Shown here: one piece after another, positions 9,881 to 19,880 of the stretch
How the letters are laid out: the number at the start of each line of letters is the position of its first letter
How positions within the stretch are numbered: position 1 is the stretch's first letter
Source of the DNA: Candidatus Krumholzibacteriia bacterium
GTDB taxonomy: Bacteria > Krumholzibacteriota > Krumholzibacteriia > Krumholzibacteriales > Krumholzibacteriaceae
Length of the DNA stretch: 64,000 bases
Direction: 5' to 3'
NCBI GenBank assembly: GCA_963836185.1
Contig: CAWIIQ010000001.1
Location: 608,001 to 672,000 of the forward strand
Made by a program: the position numbers and the translations under genes
The notes under the pieces: model-generated
What the model saw: only the letters and a program-made list of their open reading frames with translations
What the model was told of the DNA's origin: nothing
Database searches by the model: none

Positions 9881-11839
9881 ATGAGCGACCAGCCTACGAG
9901 ACTTCCGGAAGAAGCGTACAGGGAGCTGAAGGAGGGCGAGACCTATCATCCGATAGTGCCGGCCAGTGAATCGCCGTTCGAGATCACGATGAGATCCGTG
10001 GTTATCGGAGTGATCATGGCGATGGTCTTCTCGCTCGCCTCGGCCTACCTGGCACTTAAGACGGGGCAGGGGATGGAGGCGGCGATCCCTATAGCGATCA
10101 TAGCCATCGGGATAACCAACTTCTTCGCGCGACGGAGCACGATCCTCGAGAACGTGATCATCCAGTCGATAGGCGCCGCGTCGAGCGCCGTAGTGGCCGG
10201 AGCGGTATTCACGATACCGGCCCTCTACATGCTCGACATCGAGGTGACCTTCTGGCACATATTCCTCACCGCCTTCTTCGGCGGCTGTCTCGGGGTCCTC
10301 TTTCTCATACCGCTTCGCGACTACCTGATGGTCAAGGAGCACGGCAAGCTCCCCTTTCCCGAGGCGATGGCGACAACGGAGATCCTCGTGGCGGGGGAGA
10401 GCGCCGGCCAGCAGGCCAAGACGCTCGCCTGGGCCGCGCTCGTCGCCTTTGTCTTCGACCTCTGCATACTTACCTTTACCCTGTGGAAAGAAGTGATTAC
10501 CTTCCACGCAGTCGGTATCGGACGGTGGATGGAGAACAAGTTCGCGATGGCGTTCAGGATAGACGGGCTCTCCGCTATCATCGGCCTCGGTTACATCGTG
10601 GGAATCAAGTATGCATCGATAATCGCCGCTGGAAGTTTTCTCTCGTTCCTCGTTCTCATACCGCTCGTGAAGTTTGTCGGCGGCGGCCTCGAGATGATCA
10701 TACCGCCGGGCGACGTTCCGATCTCGCAGATGTCGGTCGACGATATATTCGTCAATTACGTCCGACTGATCGGTATCGGCGGCATAGCCGGAGCGGGGCT
10801 GATGGGGATCATCAAGTCGATCCCGTCGATCGGTAAATCGTTCGCTCTCGGCATCAGGGGAATCGCCGCTTCGAGGCACGAGGAACATGATGACGTAAGG
10901 ACCGAACGCGACATCAGCATGCGCGATGTGATGATCGGTGTGGCTGCGATAGCTGTCTGCTTGTGGCTCTTCTTTCGCGGGGGAGTGGCCAGCAGCCTTG
11001 TCGCGACGGTCGGGGTCCTTCTCGCGCTCGGAATATCGTTCCTCTTTACGCTTGTCGCCGCCCGGGCCATCGGCCTTATCGGAACGAATCCCGTATCGGG
11101 GATGACACTGACGACGCTGATCATCACAAGCGTGATACTCACCCGCATGGGATTGTCCGGAAAGCCCGGGATGTTCATCGCGCTTATCGTCGGCGGTGTG
11201 GTCTGCACCGCTCTCGCAACGGCGGGGGCGTTCGCGACCGACCTGAAGATAGGCCGCTGGATCGGCTCGACACCGAAGAATCAACAGATGTTCAAGTTCC
11301 TCGGCGTCTTCGTCTCTGCGGTCTTCTGCGCCCTGGTGATGATGCTGCTCGCGAACACATATACGCTCGGCTCGATGGAGATGCCGGCGCCGCAGGCATC
11401 GGCGATGAAGGAGATCATCTTCGGCCTGATGGGGCCCGAAGCGGGGGTGCAGTGGCTGCTCTTCTCGTTCGGGGTGATAATCTCGGTTATCCTCTGGATG
11501 GCCGGCGTGCCGGCCCTCGCGTTCGCGCTCGGCATGTACCTGCCGATACAGCTCAATACGGCGGTCCTGCTCGGCGGCGTCATCGCCTGGTTCGTCAGCA
11601 GGAGCAGTAAGGATGCCGGTGTCGTCAAGGAACGCAAGGAGCGGGGCATCCTCGTAGCTTCCGGATTTATCGCGGGCGGCTCGATAGCCGGTGTCGTCGC
11701 GGCAGTGATCGCGGCTACAGGCTGGGACAGGTTCCTCGCGGTATCTTACGGGGATTCGGCGAGTGAGATAGTAGGTATCATCATGATCGCGGCTCTCGCC
11801 GTATTCATGTACCAGTACTCGAAGAGGATAAAGAGCTAG
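9881..11839 (+). CDS. OPT-family oligopeptide transporter
   Basis: LALKTG, ENVIIQSIG, LPFPEA, NPVSGMTL, DLKIG..IGSTP, PAPQA, SGFIAG; many TM helices. Confidence 0.95.
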   Translation: MSDQPTRLPEEAYRELKEGETYHPIVPASESPFEITMRSVVIGVIMAMVFSLASAYLALKTGQGMEAAIPIAIIAIGITNFFARRSTILENVIIQSIGAASSAVVAGAVFTIPALYMLDIEVTFWHIFLTAFFGGCLGVLFLIPLRDYLMVKEHGKLPFPEAMATTEILVAGESAGQQAKTLAWAALVAFVFDLCILTFTLWKEVITFHAVGIGRWMENKFAMAFRIDGLSAIIGLGYIVGIKYASIIAAGSFLSFLVLIPLVKFVGGGLEMIIPPGDVPISQMSVDDIFVNYVRLIGIGGIAGAGLMGIIKSIPSIGKSFALGIRGIAASRHEEHDDVRTERDISMRDVMIGVAAIAVCLWLFFRGGVASSLVATVGVLLALGISFLFTLVAARAIGLIGTNPVSGMTLTTLIITSVILTRMGLSGKPGMFIALIVGGVVCTALATAGAFATDLKIGRWIGSTPKNQQMFKFLGVFVSAVFCALVMMLLANTYTLGSMEMPAPQASAMKEIIFGLMGPEAGVQWLLFSFGVIISVILWMAGVPALAFALGMYLPIQLNTAVLLGGVIAWFVSRSSKDAGVVKERKERGILVASGFIAGGSIAGVVAAVIAATGWDRFLAVSYGDSASEIVGIIMIAALAVFMYQYSKRIKS

Positions 11840-11885
11840 AATATACGGCCTGCGGGGCGGTTCCGTGCAGCGCGGGGCCGCCTCG

Positions 11886-12089
11886 TCAGCACCTCGCCAT
11901 CAGCCTGAACGGGAAAGTCAGTATCCCGAACACGAGTGTCAGCATCCAGCCGACGACCGCGAACGCTATCCTGAACGGCAGCACTATCAGCCATACGAGC
12001 GGTATCAGTACCGCGATCAGCAGAGCCAGCGGCCAGCAGAGCACAAACAGTATGCACCAGAGCAGAAAACCGGCCATCGTTCCAACCAT
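11886..12089 (-). CDS. Small hydrophobic membrane protein
   Basis: 63-67 aa, almost all hydrophobic, with two LPFR/FPFR repeats; start may be the ATG at 12077. Confidence 0.65.
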   Translation of the reverse strand: MVGTMAGFLLWCILFVLCWPLALLIAVLIPLVWLIVLPFRIAFAVVGWMLTLVFGILTFPFRLMARC

Positions 12090-12336
12090 CCTTTTTTAAC
12101 GGTCCACCAGGAAAAACCGGGGCGGCTCCACCGGTCATGGTCAGCCGCCCCGCATCCCATCATCACCGCACACCCGCCATGCCGGGTAAAAGAGTACGGG
12201 TCGGGTCCCACTTTCTTATACGGGACGCGTCCGGATAAGTTTCGGGAGGTGCTGTCTCGCCGTCCGCGCCCCGAATCGCCTTCATAGAGGGATACACTTC
12301 AGAGCCGTGGGATATTCAGAGAGGTGGATGTATTTT

Positions 12337-12885
12337 TCAGTTCAGCGGGCGCTTGAGCAGCTTTATGTCGTCTACCCAGACGGTGCCGCTCCCGCTCACA
12401 TTGATGTTAAGCTCGACCACATCGGGATTCTGTCCCGCGAGGAGCTTGAACGGCGTGCTTCTGACCGTCCAGTCGTTCGTTCCCGACAGGGCCGAATCGT
12501 AATTTCTCGAGAAGAACTCGCCCTTTGCCTGGAAATAGCAGATCATCTCGAGGAACACCTCGCCGTCGAGGTTTTCGGTGCGCAGGGCGGCCTGGTATAC
12601 GAGGAAGGCCTCCTCGAGGTCGATGTCGCCCAACCTGTAGAGCTTATGCGTCTGAGTGCCCCTCACATCTATTTTCAGGGATCCGTTCCCGTCGGCCGTG
12701 ATATCCCTGTCGGTCGACACATTCTTTCTGGCGAGCACCTCCGAGTGGGAGTTCAGCTGGATCTTTTTTATGACTTCCCCGCCTCCTGTTCCCCCGCCGC
12801 CTCCGCAGGCCGAAAAGGATACGGCCATAAAGATAAACGCCGCGATCGCGGCGTTTGTGGTAGCTGTTCGTGCGGTCATGGTCAT
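12337..12885 (-). CDS. Lipoprotein with probable galactose-binding-like (jelly-roll) domain
   Basis: GGAGG SD, lipobox FSA-CGGGG, LSGTNDW, GSGTVWVDDIKL. Confidence 0.7.
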   Translation of the reverse strand: MTMTARTATTNAAIAAFIFMAVSFSACGGGGGTGGGEVIKKIQLNSHSEVLARKNVSTDRDITADGNGSLKIDVRGTQTHKLYRLGDIDLEEAFLVYQAALRTENLDGEVFLEMICYFQAKGEFFSRNYDSALSGTNDWTVRSTPFKLLAGQNPDVVELNINVSGSGTVWVDDIKLLKRPLN

Positions 12886-12895
12886 CAACCTCCAT

Positions 12896-13922
12896 TCATT
12901 CACGGGGCCTTACTATTACCTTTATCGAACCGGAGCCTTCCGCTACGAGCCTGAATCCTTCGGCCGTCCTGTCGAGTGGAAGCCGGTGGGTGATCATGTC
13001 ATCGACCTCGATCTCTCCCGAGGCGAGCAGGTCCATCGCCTCCCGGGAATCATCGGGAGGGCCGGCGTAAGTAGATACGATCGTCAGCTGGTCGCGCCAG
13101 AGGTCGAAAAACGGCATCGTGATCTCTACTCCCGGGGCGAGAGGGGCGAAGAGCAGCACCGTCCCGCCGCGGTCGACAGACCGGATCGCCTGCAGGACGA
13201 CCGGCTCTACACCGGCGCATGTGACTGCCAGGTCGAAAAGGCGGCCGCCGTTGAGTTCCTTCAGTTTCTCCGGCACAGCTTCAGAGGCGTCGATTGCCTC
13301 GTCGGCTCCCATCCGTCCTGGCTGCTTCCAGCCTGACTGGATCGATGTCGGTGGCGACGATCCTTCCAGCTCCCTTTGCCCTGAGGAGCTTGATAAAGAG
13401 GAGCCCGGAGATGCCGCTGCCGAGGATAAGGACATCGTCCCCTTTCCTGAAACGAGCGGTATTCATTCCTCTGACCACGCAGGCGAGGGGCTCGATGAAG
13501 GCTGCATCGTCGAAAGAGAGCCCGTCGGGGATGATAAATGTCCCCTTCTCCACGTTGATCTCGGGAACCCGCACGAATTCGGCGAATCCGCCCGGGTCGA
13601 AGTTTGTCGTTCGCAGCGTGTCGCAGAGGGAGTACTTGCCCTCGAGGCAGTAGCGGCACTCTTCGCACGGCACATGGTGGGCGACAGAGACCCTCTGTCC
13701 CGGCACGAACCTGTCGACATCGGCGCCGACCTTTTCGATCGTCCCGGCTATCTCGTGGCCGAGCACAAGGGGGGCCTTCTTGATCCGGTACCACTCCATC
13801 ACGTCGCTGCCGCAGATCCCGCTCGATTCGATACGCACGAGGATCTCTCCCGGGCCGATCTCCGGCACGGGCATCTCTTCGATGCGGATGTCGTCATTGT
13901 TATAGTAGACGGCGGCTCTCAT
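12896..13922 (-). CDS. Zinc-dependent MDR dehydrogenase (iditol/threonine dehydrogenase-like); frameshift ~13315
   Basis: GICGSD, GHE, CEECRYC..C, GGFAEF, EPLAC, GSGISG; C-terminal half is in ORF 12896-13435 (ITHRLPLD). Confidence 0.9.
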
Positions 13923-13944
13923 ATCGATCATCGCGTCCTGCCCG

Positions 13945-14733
13945 TCACTTTGAAAGGCTCTCGAAGAGCTCGAAGGCCTCGGTTACTTTCATATTCTCCT
14001 GGACCACGCCGCGCACGGCTCTCAGGGCGGCGACGGGATGGTCCGACTGCCAGATGTTGCGTCCCATGTCGACACCGCGCGCCCCTTTCGAGATCGCGTC
14101 ATGTGCGAGCTGGAGAGTATCCTTGAATGTATCGAGCTGCGGCCCGCCCGCGATGACGATCGGTACGGGGCAGCTCTCGACGACCTTCTCGAAATCGTCG
14201 CAGTAGTATGTCTTCACGTAATGCGACCCGAGCTCGGCGGCGATGCGGCAGCAGAGGGATAGGAACCTCGCGTCCCTCTTCTCGAGCTCCTTGCCGACCG
14301 CTGTTACGGCGAGCACGGGGATTCCGTACTTCTCGCCGGCGTCGACGAGCTTTGAGAGGTTCAGCAGCGTCTCGCGCTCGTGCTCGGTTCCGACGAATAT
14401 CGACATCGTTATCGCCGAGACATTGAGCCTGATAGCCTCCTCGATCGAGGTGGTCAGCCCCTCGGCGGCGAGCGACGGGCCGATTATGCTGGCGCCTCCC
14501 GATACCCTCAGCACGGTCGGTATGCCCGCTTCGGGATCGACGCAGTTGCGAAGGATCCCGCGCGTCAGCATCAGTGCGTCGGCGTATGGAAGGAGCGGCG
14601 TTATAGTCGCTCGCGGATCCTCGAGTTTCCTCGTGGGCCCGAGGAAATAGCCGTGGTCGACGGCCAGCATCACGGTTCGCCCGGTCTCAGGGTTGAATAT
14701 CCTCGAAAGCCTGTTCTTGAGTCCCCACTGCAT
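13945..14733 (-). CDS. lsrF: LsrF-type thiolase/class I aldolase (DhnA family)
   Basis: WGLKNRLSRIFNP.TGRTVMLAVDHGYFLGPT, VKTYY, PIVIAGG, GVDMGRNIWQS. Confidence 0.9.
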   Translation of the reverse strand: MQWGLKNRLSRIFNPETGRTVMLAVDHGYFLGPTRKLEDPRATITPLLPYADALMLTRGILRNCVDPEAGIPTVLRVSGGASIIGPSLAAEGLTTSIEEAIRLNVSAITMSIFVGTEHERETLLNLSKLVDAGEKYGIPVLAVTAVGKELEKRDARFLSLCCRIAAELGSHYVKTYYCDDFEKVVESCPVPIVIAGGPQLDTFKDTLQLAHDAISKGARGVDMGRNIWQSDHPVAALRAVRGVVQENMKVTEAFELFESLSK

Positions 14734-14939
14734 GTCATGTCTCCTTTTCTCGATTTTGTCGGATGTCGATGCGCAGTATATCGATACCGCTGTACGGACT
14801 GGAAGTTATCGCACATGGAGGCGCCGGTCAAGCAGGGGATTTTCCGCCCGGAACGGTTCTTATCAGGGGCCTGCCGTTCTTGGCATTTAAATTGAAAATC
14901 CTCTCACCTTGTGCTACCATCCCGGAAAAGGGGGGTATC

Positions 14940-16376
14940 ATGTATTCTAGATTGTTTCATGCCGTATCGATCCTCGTATTTATCTCTCTGTTCATTCTTC
15001 CGGCTAAATCCTCCGCTGATTCATACATGTATCTTTCGAGCGGCGCGGGCATGGAGTGCGGTCACCAGTTCTGGACCGAAGAACATGATGTTTTCTCGGT
15101 CTGGGTATGGATCGCCCCGGATCAGGATGGGGTGAAGGAAGCATCGTTCAGGCTTTCGTCGAGCACCAGTAGTATTTTTCGAATATGGACCGAGTGGGCT
15201 CCCGGAGTCACACCTGTATACATGGTGGATGATCCGGGAGGCAGCGGGGCTGAGATCCTTGTCGATCCCTGTACAACAGAGCCTTTCCCCGTATGCCGGA
15301 TCTTCTATTACAACGACACGCTGGAGCCAGCGAGCATCTCGCTGGCGCCGGTCCTGGGCGGGGACCTTTCAGTCGTCACATGCGGCGATCAGGTAAATCC
15401 TCTCCAGCCCTTTTTGCTCTTTGATTTCAACAGCAACAGCGATTGGCCAGCTTACAGACCGCCGGTCGTCAGAAGCTGCCAGCAGATAGGCCCCGACCGC
15501 ATACGAGTGGTCTTTGAGGAATACCCCGGGCGCCTGGGTCCTTGCGGCGAGGAATATCCGCATATCCGTCTCGTCGAGAAACTGATATTTCCCCCGGACA
15601 CGGCGGATACTCTTGAGGTCGTCACCGAGGAGTTCGATTTCTCCGCCTGCCTGTTTTGCGATGTGCCGCCGTGCGACAGTGTCGTTGCTGTTCTCACATT
15701 TGAGGCGCCCCTCGACGACGCGGTGGATTACGTCCTGAGTCTCGATGGATTCATGGGCGGCTGTCCCATCAGGGGCGGGCAGAGGTATGTGACTATAAAG
15801 CGGTTCGAGCCTGTCGCCACCCTTCTTGACCAGTTCTCGACTGCCATAGAAGACGGCCGTGTCGAGGTCCGCTGGTCACTTTCCGCGAGGGATGAAGGTA
15901 TCTCGTTTTCAGTCGAGCGCTCGGTGGGTGGAGATGATTACGCCGGTCTCTCGAACAACCCCTTAGAGCTCGGCGGGGAGGAATACCTTTTCATAGACGG
16001 GGATGTCGTTCCTGGCAGCAGTTACACGTACAGGGTCCTTGTCGATGACAAGGACGGTGAACGTATACTGTTCGAGACTCAGCAGCTGGATGTTCCATCG
16101 GTCCCGTTGACCCTGTCGAATCATCCCAACCCGTTCAATCCCGTGACGGTGATAGAATATTCACTGCCGTCGAAGGGGCGGGTCTCCATATCCATCTACG
16201 ATGTCAACGGGAAGCTCGTCAGACGCCTGGCGGACCGCGACATGGAAGCGGGCACTTACAGTATCGACTGGAACGGGCTCGACGACAGGAAGTCCGCGCA
16301 GCCGTCCGGCATATATTTCTGCCGGCTGCGCCTGGGAAAGGCCGAAGTCACATCGAAGCTCGTGCTTATGAGGTAG
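14940..16376 (+). CDS. Secreted protein with FlgD-Ig/T9SS-type C-terminal sorting domain
   Basis: Signal peptide; C-terminal NHPNPFNPVTVIEYSLP..IYDVNGKLVRRL..WNG.D....PSGIYFCRL..KLVLMR. Confidence 0.85.
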   Translation: MYSRLFHAVSILVFISLFILPAKSSADSYMYLSSGAGMECGHQFWTEEHDVFSVWVWIAPDQDGVKEASFRLSSSTSSIFRIWTEWAPGVTPVYMVDDPGGSGAEILVDPCTTEPFPVCRIFYYNDTLEPASISLAPVLGGDLSVVTCGDQVNPLQPFLLFDFNSNSDWPAYRPPVVRSCQQIGPDRIRVVFEEYPGRLGPCGEEYPHIRLVEKLIFPPDTADTLEVVTEEFDFSACLFCDVPPCDSVVAVLTFEAPLDDAVDYVLSLDGFMGGCPIRGGQRYVTIKRFEPVATLLDQFSTAIEDGRVEVRWSLSARDEGISFSVERSVGGDDYAGLSNNPLELGGEEYLFIDGDVVPGSSYTYRVLVDDKDGERILFETQQLDVPSVPLTLSNHPNPFNPVTVIEYSLPSKGRVSISIYDVNGKLVRRLADRDMEAGTYSIDWNGLDDRKSAQPSGIYFCRLRLGKAEVTSKLVLMR

Positions 16377-16425
16377 AGGGATCGGCCGGCTTCGTGGATA
16401 ATTTCTTTACCTGGAGCGATGACTG

Positions 16426-17037
16426 ATGTACCGGCCGGTATTGATATTCACATGCTCGGTGATTTTCCTCACGTTCTTTATCTCCAGCTGCGGTGACGAT
16501 CCCGTGGACGTGACTGGGGATGCCGGCGGTCTTCACCGGCCCATCGTCGTGATGGAGACTACTCTCGGTGAAATAACGATCGAACTGTACCGGGACATGG
16601 CGCCGATGACCGTTATGAACTTCCTTGAGTATGTCCATGATGGTTTCTACGAAGGGCTGATCTTTCATCGCGCTATCCCGGGATTTATTATCCAAGGTGG
16701 AGGATATGACGAGGATCTCGAGCCGGGGGAGACCCGCGGGCCGATCCTGAACGAGGCGGGCAACGGGCTCTCCAACATGCGCGGAACGGTCTCGATGGCG
16801 AGAACATATGTTGTCAACAGCGCCACGAGCCAGTTCTTCGTGAATCTGGTAAACAACACGGCGCTTGATCACCGGGACGACACTCAGGTCGGGTACGGAT
16901 ATTGTGTCTTCGGCAGTGTGATCGATGGTATGGATGTCGTCGATGCCATTGCAGAGGTCGAAACCGGAGTCGTCGATGGATATCACGACGTTCCCCTCGA
17001 ATCTGTCTTTATCATCCGGATATGCAGAGTAAGGTAA
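16426..17037 (+). CDS. Cyclophilin-type peptidyl-prolyl isomerase, lipoprotein
   Basis: Lipobox ISS-CGDD; FHRAIPGFIIQGGG, MART, SATSQFFVN, GYCVFG. Confidence 0.93.
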   Translation: MYRPVLIFTCSVIFLTFFISSCGDDPVDVTGDAGGLHRPIVVMETTLGEITIELYRDMAPMTVMNFLEYVHDGFYEGLIFHRAIPGFIIQGGGYDEDLEPGETRGPILNEAGNGLSNMRGTVSMARTYVVNSATSQFFVNLVNNTALDHRDDTQVGYGYCVFGSVIDGMDVVDAIAEVETGVVDGYHDVPLESVFIIRICRVR

Positions 17038-17047
17038 GGCGCGTCGC

Positions 17048-18271
17048 TCAGTGCGGTCCCGTTCGCCGGGCGATCCTGCAGCCGTCCGCCGAGATCCTGC
17101 CGGTCCTGATCATCATGACGAGGTAAGCGAGGATGACGATCGTCATCCCTGCGAGCAGCAGGAACGGTGTGTTGATCCCGTACGAGTCGGAGATCTTTCC
17201 CGAAACATACGCGAAGATCGAGTTGCCGATGATCATGATGTTCGAGGCGAGGCTGTATGCCGCAGTACGGTTGCGCGGTTCGACCGAGTTTCCGATAAAG
17301 GAGAGGTTGGCCGGGTAGGTCGAAAAGAGGGCGATCCCGAAGAGGGCGAATGCTCCGATCGCCAGCGGCACGCTGCGGCCGAGGCCGAATATGACAGCGA
17401 CCACCATGATGACGATGTATGCGAAAACGAGTGTCCGCGCTCTGCCCAGCTTTGCCGATACCTTCCCGTACATGAACGCCGAGAGTGTTCCCGCGGCCAT
17501 CCAGCACCCCATGATGATGCCGGTAGCCGACATCGGCACCCCGAGCCTGTGGTTCAGAAGGCTCGGCGCGTAGTTGACCGTGATCCCCCAGGCGAGTCCG
17601 CCGAGGATCATCAGCGGTATGAACGACATGATTCCGCGGAAGGCTTTGAGCCATGAGACCGGTTCCTTCTCTTCCTCTATCTGCTGTTCGATCTCGCCCT
17701 TGTCGTAAGCGTTTCGCGAGAGGAAGAGCCCGATGGCGACAGCGGCGAGATTGAGCGCGCCCCAGAGGTAGAGGGGAGCCTTCCAGCCGTAGTGCTCAGC
17801 GAGGAATCCGGTCGAAGCGAACGAGAGAAGGACGCCGATGTTTCCGAAGGCGCTCTGGAATCCCATCGCCTTGTCGAGATTCCTGCCCGAGAAGATATAT
17901 GCTATCCACGAGATCCCGACGGGGTGGTAGATGCTCGTACCCATCCGCACGCCGATGAAGAAGACGACAAGCATCCAGTAGCTCGTCGACAGCGTCATGA
18001 GCAGAAGCGAGGTTCCGACGAGTATCGCGTCGAGGGCGAGGTAATACCTCGCATGACGCGGTTTGGCGAAATGGCCCACGGTGGCCTGGAAGATGATCGC
18101 GGTCACGAGGCCGACCATTACCGTCGTTCCGATGTCGGAATAGCTGTGTATGAGTATCCCCTGCGTCAGGAGGACCGGGAATATCGTCGGAAGCACGACG
18201 GTAGAGCCGTCGTTGCACGCGTGGTGCAGCGATACCGAGCCGAGCAGCCTTCTTTGTTTTCCGCTGAACAT
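17048..18271 (-). CDS. MFS transporter (Fsr-like)
   Basis: HACND, YHPVG, GNIG motifs; about 12 TM segments. Confidence 0.88.
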   Translation of the reverse strand: MFSGKQRRLLGSVSLHHACNDGSTVVLPTIFPVLLTQGILIHSYSDIGTTVMVGLVTAIIFQATVGHFAKPRHARYYLALDAILVGTSLLLMTLSTSYWMLVVFFIGVRMGTSIYHPVGISWIAYIFSGRNLDKAMGFQSAFGNIGVLLSFASTGFLAEHYGWKAPLYLWGALNLAAVAIGLFLSRNAYDKGEIEQQIEEEKEPVSWLKAFRGIMSFIPLMILGGLAWGITVNYAPSLLNHRLGVPMSATGIIMGCWMAAGTLSAFMYGKVSAKLGRARTLVFAYIVIMVVAVIFGLGRSVPLAIGAFALFGIALFSTYPANLSFIGNSVEPRNRTAAYSLASNIMIIGNSIFAYVSGKISDSYGINTPFLLLAGMTIVILAYLVMMIRTGRISADGCRIARRTGPH

Positions 18272-18402
18272 TGTATCCTCAAGACATCGTTCGTTACCGT
18301 GTTTCGAGGAGTGAATATATTCGCGGTACGGGAAAAAGTCAGGCTTTTTCTGTAAGGCCCGGCTTTGCTGTAGTATCATGGATCCACTCAGGGAGGTCAC
18401 TT

Positions 18403-19503
18403 ATGAGAAAAATATTTATCACGGTGCTGTTTCTTGCCGCCTTCGGCACGGACGCGTCTGCCGCCGGCGATACGAAAGGTACCATACGCGAACCTGCCGA
18501 TACGATCGGCTACGCGACTACGCCTCTTCAGATCAAGAGGGTAGTGTCACTGTCTGATTCGCTCATTGAAGCAGGGGCTCTCCCATTCACGCTCCCTTCC
18601 GCTTCTTCAGGGGCGGGAGAGATGATCGGCGCGATAGTTCCTCACGACGATTACATATACGCGGGGCCGTATTACGCGATGACGATAGACCGCGCAGGCG
18701 CGGATCTCGTCATCCTCTTCGGGGTCGCACACAGGGCGAGGCGGATCGGGCTCGAGGGGAAGCTGGTGTTCGATGATTTCAGCGGATGGAGAGGGCCTTA
18801 CGGGGTGACTTCCGTCTCGCCTCTGAGGGAGAAGGTGATCGAGCGCCTTCCGGGGGAGATCGTACTGGTCGACGGCGCCTTTCACGCATCGGAACATTCG
18901 CTCGAGGCCTTCATCCCCTTCCTGCAGCATTACGGAGGCCTCGATATCGAGATACTTCCCGTACTCGTGACCAGGTTTGCCGGGGACTCCTTTGAACGCG
19001 CCGTTGGAGAGATGACAGGTGCTCTCGCCGCGGTCCTCGCCGAAGAGGGGATTACGCTGGGAGCCGGAGCTGTCGTGATGATCTCCGCTGACTGCGTTCA
19101 CTACGGGGACGAGGAGTGGGGAAGCACGAATTACGCCCCTTTCGGTACAGGCCGCGAAGGATATGAAAAGGCGACTGCCCAGGATATCGAGATAGCGAGG
19201 GAGACCCTGGAGGGGCCGCTGTCCGCCGAAAGGATCGCGGATTTCCGTGAGCGGATAGAGAGGGACGATCTCGAATGGCCTTACAAGGTCACATGGTGCG
19301 GGGTCTATTCGATCCCGTTCGGGCTGAGCGTACTCGAGGGGCTGTCGGTGGCGCAGGGGCGCGAGGCGCCTTATGGCCATATTCTCGGTTACGGGACGAG
19401 CCTCGAGCCGGGCGCCCTTCCCGTAGAAGGTGCCGGCCTAGGAGCCACTAACATTGCGACGGAAAGGCACTGGGTCGGATATCTCGCGATGGGATACTGG
19501 TAA
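18403..19503 (+). CDS. Memo-like (AmmeMemoRadiSam protein B family) protein with signal peptide
   Basis: PHDDYIYAG, GVAH, EHSLE, SADCVHYG, TWCG, WVGY; GGAGG SD and an N-terminal signal peptide. Confidence 0.85.
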   Translation: MRKIFITVLFLAAFGTDASAAGDTKGTIREPADTIGYATTPLQIKRVVSLSDSLIEAGALPFTLPSASSGAGEMIGAIVPHDDYIYAGPYYAMTIDRAGADLVILFGVAHRARRIGLEGKLVFDDFSGWRGPYGVTSVSPLREKVIERLPGEIVLVDGAFHASEHSLEAFIPFLQHYGGLDIEILPVLVTRFAGDSFERAVGEMTGALAAVLAEEGITLGAGAVVMISADCVHYGDEEWGSTNYAPFGTGREGYEKATAQDIEIARETLEGPLSAERIADFRERIERDDLEWPYKVTWCGVYSIPFGLSVLEGLSVAQGREAPYGHILGYGTSLEPGALPVEGAGLGATNIATERHWVGYLAMGYW

Positions 19504-19517
19504 GAAGCAGCTTCGGA

Positions 19518-19880
19518 TCACCCGGGCTCGATCACAAGGACGTCTCCGACCGCTGTTCCCGTTTCGAAGAGGCGCTCAGCCGGCAGTTCCACTGCGCTGA
19601 CCGCGCCGTCGACCGGTTCGACGAAGCAGTTGGGCGGAAAACTGCGGAATATCCTGACGATCCGCATCTCGCCGTCGAGAAAAGCTATATCGATGGGGCT
19701 TCGCATACCGACCGTGTATATTCCCTGGCAGGGTGAGATGTACAGGGCGCAATCTGACGGGATGCCGCGATCGCTGATGTGCCTCAGGGTATTCATGAAA
19801 TGCTCGTTCAGTGTCAGGAGCGTCGTCCCGAGGTACGTACATCTTGTTCTGTTCCAGACTGCCAACTTCGATCCTTCCAT
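19518..19880 (-). CDS. DUF192 family protein
   Basis: ISPCQGIYTVGMRSPIDIAFLD..., AVELPA, GDVL. Confidence 0.8.
   Translation of the reverse strand: MEGSKLAVWNRTRCTYLGTTLLTLNEHFMNTLRHISDRGIPSDCALYISPCQGIYTVGMRSPIDIAFLDGEMRIVRIFRSFPPNCFVEPVDGAVSAVELPAERLFETGTAVGDVLVIEPG

Noticed and set aside
9758-11284. Long antisense ORFs (e.g. 9758-11284, 34906-36189, 54709-56079, 39988-41097)
   Set aside because: Shadow ORFs opposite well-supported genes, expected in GC-rich DNA; no recognisable motifs.
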